Source of the DNA: Antedon mediterranea
Lineage: Eukaryota > Animalia > Echinodermata
DNA length: 64,000 nt
Reading direction: 5' to 3'
Assembly: GCF_964355755.1 (NCBI RefSeq)
Contig: NC_092671.1
Location: 16,926,001 to 16,990,000 of the forward strand
Position numbers and translations under genes: made by a program. Shown piece after piece: positions 28,301 to 38,900 of this stretch; positions within the stretch are counted from its first letter, which is position 1; every line of letters begins with the position of its first letter. The notes under the pieces are model-generated. The model was not told where the DNA came from. It worked only from the letters and a program-made list of their open reading frames with translations, and did not search any database.

Positions 28301-31300
28301 AACAATGTATGTATATATAAAAGGTTGTAAGCTTAAAAAAATGTTAAATCCATCTCATTTAATGAGAGCGAGTAAGTGGCCGAGCAATTAAGACAGTGGA
28401 ACCTTAATTACTTAGCCATAACATCGGCAAGGGTTCGAGGCTTACTCAATTTATGATTCTGGAAGTAGAACAAATCTTCTCGGATAAGGACTATAAACCG
28501 TAGGTCCAGTCTACACATCTAGCTAAAAAAAACCTAGTACACCGTTTGAGATGAGTAGGGGTTACCCCGGTATAACTGCACAAACAAGTTTCTTGCTAAT
28601 GCGGAATTTAATTGTTCTCCGACTTGATCCGATTTACAAAGATATGCCTGGATAACATGTGCAGCTATAGCTATACACTATATCAAATACTACTGTACTA
28701 CAGCTTTAGGCTTCTAAGTAAGCCTTGGTACATCTACCACTTCTATAGGCTTCTAAGTAAGCCTTGGTACATCTACCACTTCTATAGGCTTCTAAGTAAG
28801 ACTTGGTACATCTACCACTTCTATAGGCTTCTAAGTAAGCCTTGGTACATCTACCACTTCTATAGGCTTCTAAGTAAGCCTTTTGTGCTTGCTAGGTCCT
28901 TACCCAACAAGCCTAACTATCCAACTGCCAGCCACAGCCCAAGCAAGCTATGCCCTCATTAGCATAACCCATATGGTTGGTCACCTGTTCACTTGACACC
29001 CTTCAGTGAACACAAGTACAGTATACCTAGCTTGGATTTGGCACTTACACCCGGTATACACACACACACAGCCTCTGTCACACACAGCCACAAAAAAGGA
29101 GTATCTCTGTCTCTTCACTCTGGTGTGGATAAGTTAGAAATGAAGGCACACACTGCCAAACATTTTTAATTAAGATTCCACATTATCTTATCAAGGAATT
29201 ATTGTTGTGAAAAGAAATATATGTAAACAAGTATCTTACGTCATTGTGTATTTTTTTTATGCCATTCTCATTTGCACTTGCAATTTTTCTGACAGTTTCA
29301 AGTTGTTCAGTTAATTTCTTTATTTTCGCCATTGCTAACTTTAATGTTGATTTTTTCTTTTCCAGTTTTTGATCCGCTTCTTCAAACAAGTTTACATCTT
29401 TTTTAATTGCTAACCTTTAAAAAAAAAGGACTGATTTGTTATGATAGTTTTAAATTATCATGCCAAATTGAAATCGTGTAATTATGTGTGGTCAGAGAAA
29501 ATCTTGAATCAAATTTGAGACCAGGGTAGCTGAAAGAATGAAACATAAAACAGAATAATAATTTAAATTATACCTGAACTTCACTAGTTTCTCCTCCAGA
29601 ATTTTTATTTTCATTTGCTTTAATGCACGTTTTTCTTCTAAAGCTTTTTTCTCCAAATCAGTTTTGTTAATATTTTTTAAATTCTTTGATCCTTGACGGA
29701 CATCTTCCTTCCTGTCAACTTTCTTCTCCAATTTTTTTTCAGTTGTTGCGGAACCCGCAGTCGGTCTTTTAATATTCTTTTCATTTTCATCCTGACTCTG
29801 CGTATCCAAATCAGACTGGACAGGTGATTGATTCATACCACCTTTAATTTTTCTAGTTTTCTCTCGTTTTGCAATTTCTTCTTTCAAACGTTTGTACTCT
29901 TCTTGTTGTGTGGTGGATAGCTGTTTCATAGCTTCTGGTGTTTTTGGTTGCAAGGAGGGAATAGTCTCTTTAAACGAACCTGGTTTATTAGCCTGTATTA
30001 TAAAATATTAAATCATGAATGAGATAAATAAATAGTTTATAGGATATATATGGTTTCTAACTGCAGTTGAAAAACTAAGGAAACCTTTGAATAGAAGTTC
30101 CCTCTGAATAAGAGTTCCCTCTGAATAGCAGTGTCCTCTGAATAGGTGTGCCCTCTTAATAGGGGTGCCATTTGAATAGGGATTCCCTTTGAATAAAAGT
30201 TCCCTCTGAATAAAAGTTCCCTCTGAATAGGAGTGTCCTCTGAATAGGTGTGCCCTCTTAATAGGGGTGCCATTTGAATAGGGATTCCCTTTGAATAAAA
30301 GTTCCCTCTGAATAGGAGTGTCCTCTGAATAGGTGTGCCCTCTTAATAGGGGTGCCATTTAAATAAGGATTCCCTTTGAATAGGAGTGTCCTCTGAATAG
30401 GGGTGCCATTTGAATAAGGGTGCCATTTGAATAAGGGTTCCCTTTGAATAAGAGTTCCCTCTGAATAGGCGTGTCCTCTGAATAGGGGTACACTCTTAAT
30501 AGGGGTGTCCTCTGAATAGGGGTACACTCCTAATTGGGGTGTCCTTTGAATAGGTATACACTCTTAATAGGGGTGTCCTCTTAATAGGGGTGTCCTCTGA
30601 ATAGAGGTGTCCTCTGAATAGAGGTGTTCCAAAGAAAAGATTCTCCTGTACTTACATCAGCTTTTTTACGAGCCTCTTTTAAGAATTGGTCAAGCATATT
30701 GGTGTAGCCAGATGAAGCCCGACTTGAAGTGTTTTCATCATCGCTGCTATCACTATCATTTAAGTTTATCACTACTTCTTTATGAACAGGTATCTATTAC
30801 AGAAGAATAACAATATAAACATGTTATAGTTATCACTGTCATCAATCAAATTGCAATGTGTTGATAATGTGCTGAAAAGTCAATGTAAACAATTTTTTGA
30901 ATATTTATTATAAGTATTTTTACCTTAATAACAGATGGTTTTTTTTTAATAGGTCGTTGAAAACTTGGTGATTCACTTCTAGGAGTTACTACTGGTGACG
31001 GTCCTTGAGAAGCTTTAGATTCCTACAATAAATTGAAATTTATTTTTAAAAATTAAATGCACATTGAAAAAATATGGGGAAAAAAACCTGTTATAAAATC
31101 AAAATTACCTTTGTTCCTTCAGTTGCCTTAACCATCTTTTTTTGTTTCAAGTTTTGCAATAGAAGTTGACGAAGCGCCATTTCCTCCTCATCATCCTCTT
31201 CCTCTGGTTCCGGTGGTTTTGGAAGATCCGATTCCATTGGAGGAGGAGGTGGTAGTGGTGGAGGAGCACAAGGAATGGGTTGTGTGCCAGGGACAGGAGG

Positions 31301-34300
31301 CTGGCTAAGCTCTATTGGTTTATCAGTACCAGTTTCAGTTGTTAGGATTTCGACCTTCTCTTCCGATTCTAAATATAAATAATAATACTAATGATACTTA
31401 GGGCAATTTAGATATATTGCCTTTTTAATATAAATGGGCATAATATGCCCTATTAGCCAAATCTGTGACACCTTTGTATTGCTAAAAAATCACGGCAACA
31501 ACAAGTTTCTTCTGGCAATAAAATGAACAAAGTTTGTCATGCATTGTGAAATCTTTGAAGAAAGCATAGTTACGCGCTATTCAATTACTATAATTGGTTA
31601 GTTTAATACCAGTGCAATACACACATGCATGCATTAACTCGGGACATCTCGGAACAGGTCTTTCATCAGTGTGTTTTTGTGAGATTTTCCACAAATTGTA
31701 TTCACACTATGCAAACCTGGTTACAACTTGTTACATTTTGCAGATGTGAAAAGGGTATTAGAAAAAACATGGAAAATATGGCATCTGTAATAAGAAATAA
31801 TTTTCAAAGCATATCAGGTGACTATGGTGTTACAAAAAATGTGTACATACCTTGCAATTCATCGATGTCCATTTCAACTTGTTCATAGTTATCAACACCC
31901 ATGGTTGCTGGAATAGATTCATTACCAGGCATATCTGAACTTTCAGCTTCTGTGGTTTCCTATATATAATTTAATATATCTAATATTTATAAAGTATATT
32001 TAAAAACAGTAATAGTATATTACTGTATGGTCTACTAATTCCTGGTAAATGTGTGTTTTATTACAGATACTAATATTAAAACTTTTCAAATATTCCACAC
32101 AGTCCAAGCTACCTTGATTTAGGTACAATAATAACATTTCATTGCATTCCTTTCATTCAAACTCAACCGCAATAGAGGAATTCTAAAGGCACCGTTATTT
32201 TTTTTTGACAGACCATGGCCGTGTTTCCGCAGCCAAAAATTAACCGATAAAAATTAACTGATAAACTGCCTGTGGACGCGGGGTTTAACTGATTCAACTT
32301 GAGAAAAATTCATTAAAAATTGTCTCTTTCAAATCAGATAATTATGGGATAAATGCGATGTTTAACCTTTGACCTAAAGGAAAAATTTTTGCGATGTGAT
32401 TGGGCTACTGTACTGGTTGTTTGGTAATGACTGATTATGCGCACTTTATTGGTTAAAAAATAAACTGATAATTTTGTTTTGACTGCCCATACCTTATCAG
32501 TTGAAGTACTACAAGTCATATCTCTTGCTTCTGGTGTTTCTCTCAGGTAGAGCAAGAACTGGTTAATTCGTTCCTCTTCATCGTCAATCTCCAAGATGTC
32601 TTTTGTTGTCCGTGCTCTTGGACCACTAGTTGACCGTGAACGTGGTCTTAGACGCGATTGACGAATGCTATGGCGTCCCTTTCTGCTTCTTGATATTGCA
32701 GATGACCTTCGAGGTGTATCTAGAATTAATTGAAAGAATTTCATCATAAACTTTGTTTAATCCTTTTAGAATGTCATTTTGCATCATTTTATACAAGCAA
32801 CACAAAATCCCACTAGGGTGTGAAGGATTTGAACTTCAAAACCTTATGGCCAACTCAGACAGCGTCAATTTAAACATGTTCTTCCGACAAATAAAAACTA
32901 CACCAGACGCCACTCAGACAGCACTGATGAGTCAAGACGTTTCGTCGTACAATGCTGTCTGAGTTTCCTAATCAGGGCAACACTCTTACAATATTGTTTC
33001 CCCAGGTAAGCAGCCATAATAGATTTAAAATTTAAATAGTTTCTTTATTTACTTGTTCTCTTTTTTGTTGAGTTATTGGACAAACTTTCTGATTTTCTGG
33101 GGAACAAATCTTGTTTTGGTTTACTTTTGTCCTCTTCTTTCTCATTCTTCTGAGCAAGTGATGTCAATGCAGCTAATCGTAGCTCCAAAATATCCTCATC
33201 ATCGTCATTCTCATCTTTTTCCTTTGCACGCTACAAAATAATTTCATGAGCTTAATGGAGAAAGTAGCAATTTATCAAGTATAACTATGTAGTACCCCTT
33301 TTACACCGCATAGCTTAGAACAAACCTGTATCTTGTCCAGATAAATTTTCATTTCACACCTGATCCATTAATCCGTTAATTACACGGGTTGCGTGTATTT
33401 ACACTGCAAACTTTAAAAATACTAACCCATGTAATGTTCAAGACTAAAGGGTCTTTCACACCTGTTCCGGCACAGTTCCGGTCCGGCAAATCCAATTGAA
33501 CGTCAATGTTTCGTTTTCACACTGCTACTTGCATATCGATTAGCGTATAGACGTACATTGATGTTCAATTCGCCAGACCGAAACCGTGCCGGAACAGGTG
33601 TGAAAGACCATTTATGCATGATTAAGAGACACCCTAGTAATGGTCTGCTCATTATACCTCCTACTATTTTTTATTTACATTTATTAATCATGTGCGATAC
33701 AGAAGAAATCTGGATTATTTAACTTACACACTTTGCAGGTTGGACGTCGGATGACATTTCAAGTTTACCAGTAGCTTGGCTTGCATTTAAATTATTTTCT
33801 TCTTGTGTTATGTTTTTTAAGAGGCTTTGGGAATCAATCTCTCCATCATTAAGTTCTTTTTCAGTTTGTTTTATCTTCTCTTTCTCTCTTTCTATCGCCT
33901 CATGTACCATGCGGTGCTCCTTCAGAAGTTGTTCAAAATCTTCGGGATCTTTTTTTTTATTTGTATGAATACCAACTTTTGGAAGTACACTCTTCCCCGA
34001 ATCTATAGTTAATTCATCAAGGATAAATATATGGATGTACTTTTGTTTTGAAGTACACAATCATTACTTGTAAACTACTTCTTCCCCTGAGTGCTGGGAA
34101 ATGATTCCAACAGCATCTAGACACCTTGTATGTATACACTTTATTATTTCCAGTAAAAAATGATTAATGTTGAACGGTTACCAGAAAATCATTTCCACCA
34201 AGAGAAAGTTTTTCTTATTTTAAAAGTAGGACCTACTATTAATAACCTTATAAATAATATATTATTAAAACATCACATTTAAAAAATGTATCTCAAAAGT

Positions 34301-34900
34301 CATTTGTCGGAAAAAAAAAAAAAGGATACATGATGATGGTCCTTCTGCGACTCTTTCACGAAAGTTTGACAGGCTTGTTTCTATTGTCTTTTTTGATTTC
34401 TTAAAACTTGTTTCAGGTTTTGTTTCTCTTCTTGAACCATCTTTTCTATTATCATTGTATTTTTTCTCAATAAACTTTGAACCATTTCCATCCATCCAAT
34501 ATCCAGGACCATGGTCATCTTCAAGTTCATGCTGTCTTTTTTTAGCTTTATTTTTGGAATTATCATAATTTCTGTAACAATTATTAATATTATTATCGTA
34601 ATGCTTATCACTACGATAATTACCGGTCCTAGAAACAGGTTTTTCAGACCTTTTAGCAAACCCACTTCCGTGATACGGTCTCTTTCTAGTGGCAGCTCTA
34701 CTTAGGCCTAGGCCTCCGGATTTACCGTCCCTTCGATAGACCTTTCCCGCTTCGTTGAAGGCAGTCACTTTGGCTTTACCACCAAGAAGGCCTGAACTAG
34801 AATCCCTTTTTGTGACATCTATTTCATCGTTTTTAACTACAGTAGTATCACCTGAATCATCTTCAATTTCACCATCTTCTATTTCCCCTTCTTCCATCAT
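13360..34900 (-). CDS. ZFC3H1: Zinc finger C3H1 domain-containing protein (PAXT exosome adaptor). Exons 34900-34330, 34002-33728, 33230-33053, 32719-32493, 31959-31851, 31368-31109, 31022-30924, 30793-30656, 29992-29574, 29414-29240, 28019-27834, 27647-26974, 26524-26393, 25747-25410, 24445-24280, 23795-23612, 23241-23053, 21400-21239, 20840-20671, 20234-20117, 19513-19307, 18608-18396, 17502-17236, 16626-16525, 15488-15449, 14665-14603, 13485-13360
   Basis: N-terminal EEGEIEDGEI, ELRLAAL, DNYEQVEMD, a Pro-rich EEEMALRQLLL, VINLNDSDSSD and TPEA..EYKRLKEEIAKREK. The zf-C3H1 reads YESPL..FRLNP...FCRFELNGKCNDDDCRWQH. C-terminal HAT/TPR repeats (LWLKLA, LWLHYL) end near GINLKEL. Not every junction phase was checked. 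Confidence 0.9.
13645..14365 (+). mobile_element. DINE-1/HINE-type non-autonomous Helentron
   Basis: T-rich ends, subterminal inverted repeat GTCGCGTG (13651) / CACGCGAC (about 14336), GTCG/GTCT microsatellite, internal direct repeat (13668 vs 14271) and 3' stem-loop GGCTGTTGGCC-TTGTTT. Confidence 0.7.
16168..16345 (+). mobile_element. 5'-truncated Deu/Nin-like SINE with alternative 3' tail
   Basis: Core TAAACCATAGGTCCAGTGTACACATC...AAAGAACCTAG. Tail CCTTGATTATCAACATATGCTG...CTCTATAAATAAGGT, as at 59925-59975. Confidence 0.7.
16905..17036 (-). mobile_element. Degenerate tRNA-head CORE-type SINE fragment
   Basis: Minus strand GGCATAATGG...GAGTTCAAAACC...GTATCCTTGAGGCAAGATACTTTAC. Confidence 0.5.
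17759..17965 (+). mobile_element. tRNA-derived SINE with ACCTTT tail and 12-bp TSD
   Basis: A box TAGCCGAGTGG, B box GGTTCAATTCC and tail ACCTTTACCTTT. TACTCAGTTGAA is duplicated at 17747-17758 and 17966-17977. Confidence 0.85.
18695..18960. mobile_element. TTAA-flanked MITE (Kolobok/piggyBac-like)
   Basis: TTAA-AGATGTAT...ATACATCT; a related copy lies in the opposite orientation at 23943-24231. Confidence 0.6.
19655..19900 (-). mobile_element. L2/CR1-group LINE 3' fragment
   Basis: Minus strand translates HSWGDQTFSTAGPRLWNNLPLHISNFTSLNSFKSLLKTHLF*, followed by a short UTR and TGAT/TGAA-repeat tail. Confidence 0.75.
21745..22040 (+). mobile_element. Degenerate CORE-type SINE with L2-like tail
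   Basis: B box GGTTCAAGC, GGCAAGACACTTTAC...AAATGGGTAC core and GGCACTATATAAAA...TATTATATT tail. Confidence 0.55.
22095..22963. mobile_element. About 870-bp foldback element with long inverted arms
   Basis: Termini AGGGTGTCTAGAAAACT / AGTTTTCTAGACACGCT. Arms stay inverted over about 370 bp with tandem TCTAGAAAACTCAGATAT units. TTAAAAC occurs on both flanks. Confidence 0.85.
23433..23590. mobile_element. MITE, PIF/Harbinger-like
   Basis: GCTTGGTTCCCACTAG...CAAGGACGTAAAC / GTTTACGTCCTTG...CTAATGGGAAGCAAGC. Confidence 0.65.
23943..24231. mobile_element. TTAA-flanked MITE (Kolobok/piggyBac-like)
   Basis: TTAA-AGATGTATTG...TAATATATCT-TTAA. Confidence 0.65.
25147..25310 (-). mobile_element. Small Penelope-like/retrozyme-like element containing a minimal hammerhead core
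   Basis: Minus strand CTC-CTGAGGA-C-GATCAA-AGCATG-TTGATC-GAAA-CATT-GAG. 28-bp inverted repeat at 25180-25207 / 25283-25310. AATTTACAAAATAT duplicated at 25133-25146 and 25309-25322. Confidence 0.65.
28368..28572 (+). mobile_element. Deu/Nin-like SINE, 3'-truncated
   Basis: Matches 8661-8875. Confidence 0.8.
28706..28881. repeat. 39-bp minisatellite, about 4.5 copies
   Basis: TAGGCTTCTAAGTAAGCCTTGGTACATCTACCACTTCTA repeated. Confidence 0.9.
30075..30630. repeat. About 19-bp minisatellite (GTGTCCTCTGAATAGGG-type) expanded from a dispersed MITE
   Basis: Tandem units with higher-order periodicity. Related short copies at about 24645-24755, 54100-54160, 57530-57650, 59160-59415, 60040-60120 and 60685-60830. 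Confidence 0.8.
33449..33610. mobile_element. MITE, PIF/Harbinger-like
   Basis: TIR GGTCTTTCACACCTGTTCCGGCAC / GTGCCGGAACAGGTGTGAAAGACC. Confidence 0.8.
34003..34329 (-). other. U12-type (minor spliceosome) GT-AG intron 1 of ZFC3H1
   Basis: 5' splice site GTATCCTTT. Branch-like TCCTTGAT (34023-34016) lies about 10 nt before TAG, with no polypyrimidine tract. The phase-1 join keeps the frame. Confidence 0.8.
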
Positions 34901-34939
34901 TACAATTTAAGAATTAAGAATATAAAGCAATGTTTTCTC

Positions 34940-35010
34940 ACGCGGCCTAGGCTAGGCCCCTACTACGCCATGGCATTCATGCGGCTGATGATCTCTCTTC
35001 CGGTTCGGTG
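34940..35010 (-). promoter_or_regulatory. Likely ZFC3H1 promoter/5' end
   Basis: ETS-like ACCGGAAG (35004-34997) and YY1-like CGCCATGG in a locally GC-richer patch about 100 bp upstream of the ATG. Confidence 0.4.
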
Positions 35011-35099
35011 TGTACTTCTTTTGTAATAACACATTTTCTACGGAGACCCAGAGGTCATACAATATATATTTGACATACCATTGGTTTATGCCGCGTCCC

Positions 35100-35985
35100 A
35101 GTCTACGATTAAAATCGGCAATAAGTTTACCACTGTATGTGCGCTACACCCATTTTGGTTGTACAGTCATAATAATGAATAGGTTACGATTAAAATCAGC
35201 GATAGTTTAGCACTGTGTCCTACTAGGCCTAGGCCTAGGCCTATACCTTTTTTTTTTATAACTGTGCGCTTCCATACCATGCCAATTATGGTAGTACTTG
35301 AGCACAGTGATAATAAATATGATCTATTTTAGCACTGTACGCTACTATACCCATGTTGTTTGCACTCGCACACAGTGATAATACATAGGATCTAGTTAAG
35401 CACATTGCGCTACCATACCCATTTTGGTAACTACGCGCTACCATATCCATTTTGGTTACACTCGCGCACAGTGATTAAAATAAGATTTAGTTTAGCACTC
35501 TGCGCTACAATACCCCTTTTATTTGCACTCGCGAAAAGTGATAATAATTGGGATTCATTTTAGCACTGTGCGCCACCAGAGAAATCTGTGAACAAAGCTG
35601 TAGAGAAAATAGAAACCAGATTTGATTTAGGCCTATTTGGAAGGGAAAATATCCATTTTGGTTACACTCGCGCACAGTATTATAAATAAGATTTAGTTTA
35701 GCACTTTGCGCTACAATACCCCTTTTATTTGCACTCGCGAAAAGTGATAATAATTAGAATTCATTTTAGCACTGTGCGCCACCAGAGAAATCTGTGAACA
35801 AAGCTGTAGAGAAAATAGAACCAGATTTGATTATTTGGAAGGGAAAATATCCATTTTGGTTACACTCGCGCACAGTGATTATAAATAAGATTGAGTTTAG
35901 CACACTCTGCGTTACAATACCCCTTTTATTTGCACTCGCGAAAAGTGAAAATAATTGGGATTCATTTTAGCACTGTGCGCCACCA
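35100..35985 (-). repeat. Satellite array B, left part; 68-bp hairpin monomer
   Basis: TTAGCACTGTGCGCTACCATACCCATTTTGGTTACACTCGCGCACAGTGATAATAAATAGGA repeats, decaying toward the ZFC3H1 promoter. Confidence 0.85.
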
Positions 35986-38900
35986 GAGAAATCTGTGAAC
36001 AAAGCTGTAGAGAAAATAGAAACCAGGTTTGATTATTTGGAAGGGAAAATGGTTGATATTGCAACCAATACTGCTTCGGAAATCTCGTACATTGATGAAT
36101 TACAGCACAAAGCACAAAAACCGGCCGTACAACTGGACGATCTTTAACACAATTCTCGTAGAAACTGTCTACGCTTATTCGGAATCCCGGAGACAAGTAA
36201 AGACAATACTGATGAAATTGTGGTAAACTTAGCAAATAGTAAACTTGGAATTGATATTAATCTGCACGATATTGATAGGTCTCATCGGACAGGCGCAAGA
36301 AATGGCAAATCGAATCGTCCACGACCAATCATCGTGAAATTCACTTCTTATCGGAACAGGAAAAGAATCATCACAGCACGTAGAAAGCTGAAAGGAAGTG
36401 GTATTTCAATCCAAGAGGACCTGACATGGAACAGAAGGAATCTACTTGCTGAAGCCAAGAAGCACCCAAGCACAAAGAGCGTATGGTCAATCGATGGCGA
36501 CAGTAGTCAGAAATGACAGGGAAGTAAAATTAACCATTCTTACATTGGCTGAACTAAACAATCTATAATTATGTTATTAAATCCAAAGATAGATATACGA
36601 TGGTTATATGCACGGAATTTTACAATACCATTTATAACTGTTTGTAATTTAATTTTTAAAAGAAATGTATTATTATTAGGTATATTCACTAAGCACGATT
36701 TTGAAATTGAAACTAACAATTATTATACCGTTAGCATCACTTTTCGATAATTTTTTGTTTCTTTTTATTTTTTTCTTTTCTTCATTCTTAACAAAACAAA
36801 TGAACAACATAGAAAATGAAATTAATATCTTTAATGTCAAGCATTCAGTTCAAAATGCATATAACTTTGATCAAAGCTTTATGAATTATCAAGATAAAGC
36901 CTTTTCCGTTTCACACGTTAATATTCACTCCTTAAGTAAAAATTACGACAATCTCAATTTATTTTATGAAACCTGTATTAAATATAAATTTAATATTATT
37001 GGTATTTCAGAGGTATGGAATATTTCTCAACCTGAGCTTTACCGGCTACAGAATTATAATTTAGAAGTTGTATGTCGAGAGGATTCTCGTGGGGGCGGCG
37101 AAGGTGCCTACATTCATTCTTCTTTAAATTATAAACTTGTAAAAGCCAATGTTACCCATGCTGAGTCCTTGTGGTTAAAAGTTGCAAATAGTAATAATTC
37201 TGAAATCCTTGTAGGCGTTATCTACCGAAAATCAAATACTAATATTAAAGAATTTCAAGACAGTCTTATTCATACATTATAGAAAAATAACATTGATAAA
37301 ACGGATTGTATTCTCTTAGGGGATTTTAATGTGGATGCAAATGACAACAACACACTTAATAATAACTTTTTCTCAATAATGGATTGCATTTGCATGACTC
37401 AACTTATAAACAGTCCAACAAGAAAAACGCTTACTACTAGTACAATAATTGATCATATTTATACAAATATTCATAAATTTAAAATACATTCCGGTACAAT
37501 TTATACAGACATATCTGACCATTTTCCTATTTTTGCTGTTTTTGAAGATTTTACATTAGGCCTAAGAATAAAAGACAAGCCAATAACTATAACAAACAGA
37601 AACTTTAAAAATTATAAAGTTGAAAATGTTATTTCTGAACTGACTTATAGTAATTGGCGTGAAGTGTATGATACCAATGATACAACATACAGCCTATAAT
37701 CATTGTAATGATATATTTCTGAATGTTTGTGATAAACATGCCCCAATTACAACGCAAAATCCAAAGAAACAGCATGTGGATAAACCTTGGCTTTCCAACA
37801 AAGCAATCAAGACAAGCATAAACAAAAAGAACAAATGTACTCAAAGTGTATAAAAAGAAATTTTAATCCAGAGATATTTTCACGCTATAAGAAATACAGA
37901 AAAGTGTAATCAGAAAGGCTAAACAAATATATTACGGTAAACTGTTCAGAAATTGTAAAAACGATAGTGGAAAAATATGGAACAATATAAACATGCTAAT
38001 TAAAGAAAAGCAAAATTAATGAAAACTCGACACCACCTTCTGATTATTTACAAAATCCCATAACGCCTTCGTTTTTCTTGAAACCAATTAGGCCTACACA
38101 TTATGAAATTGAAGAAGTCATCTGGTTATGATTACATGTCTGGGCGTCTAGTCAAAGACTGCTTCCCATATTAGTAGACCACTTGAGCATGTATTTAATT
38201 TATCATTTATTAATGGGATCTTCCCAGATGCTCTGAAAATAGCAAAGGTGTATCCTATTTTTAAGAAGGGAGAAAAAGATGTTATAAACAATTACAGGCC
38301 TATTTCTGTTCTACCAATTTTAGCCAAAATATTTGAAAAATTAGTTAATGTCCGAATATTAGAATTTCTCGAAAAGCACCATATTCTCTATGATCACCAA
38401 TATGGATTTAGGAAAAATTACAGCACTACATTGTCTCTAATTGTAAATCTAGTAAATTCAATTATCAAGAAAGTGGATGAAGGTAAAGTCACTATTGGAA
38501 TCTTCATTGACATGGCAAAGGCATTTGATACAATTGATCATAATATTTTACTTAACAAACTTCATCACTACGGGATAAGAGGAATTTGCCTGGATTGGTT
38601 TAAAAGTTATCTAACAAACAGAAAACAGTTTGTAAATTATGGTGGATGCAACTCCACCGAAGAACGTATTACACATGGTGTGCCTCAGGGCTCTGTCCTG
38701 GGACCAACACTTTTTCTTTTGTTTATAAATGACTTACCAACTTCATCAACATTCTTTAATTTTCGATTATTTGCAGACGACTCAAATCTTTTTCACACAT
38801 ATGATGGAAAACACACTAATATCAATCTTGATGAAGTATCTTCTCAATTAAATAAAGTATTAAAGTGGTGCAACGCAAATAAGATAACAATAAACTCGTC

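Noticed and set aside
28612-28962. ORF with RLLSKPWYIYHFY repeats
   Set aside because: Product of a 39-bp (multiple of 3) minisatellite in an intron.
30008-30527. Repetitive ORFs (MAPLLRGH...)
   Set aside because: Translations of the intronic minisatellite.
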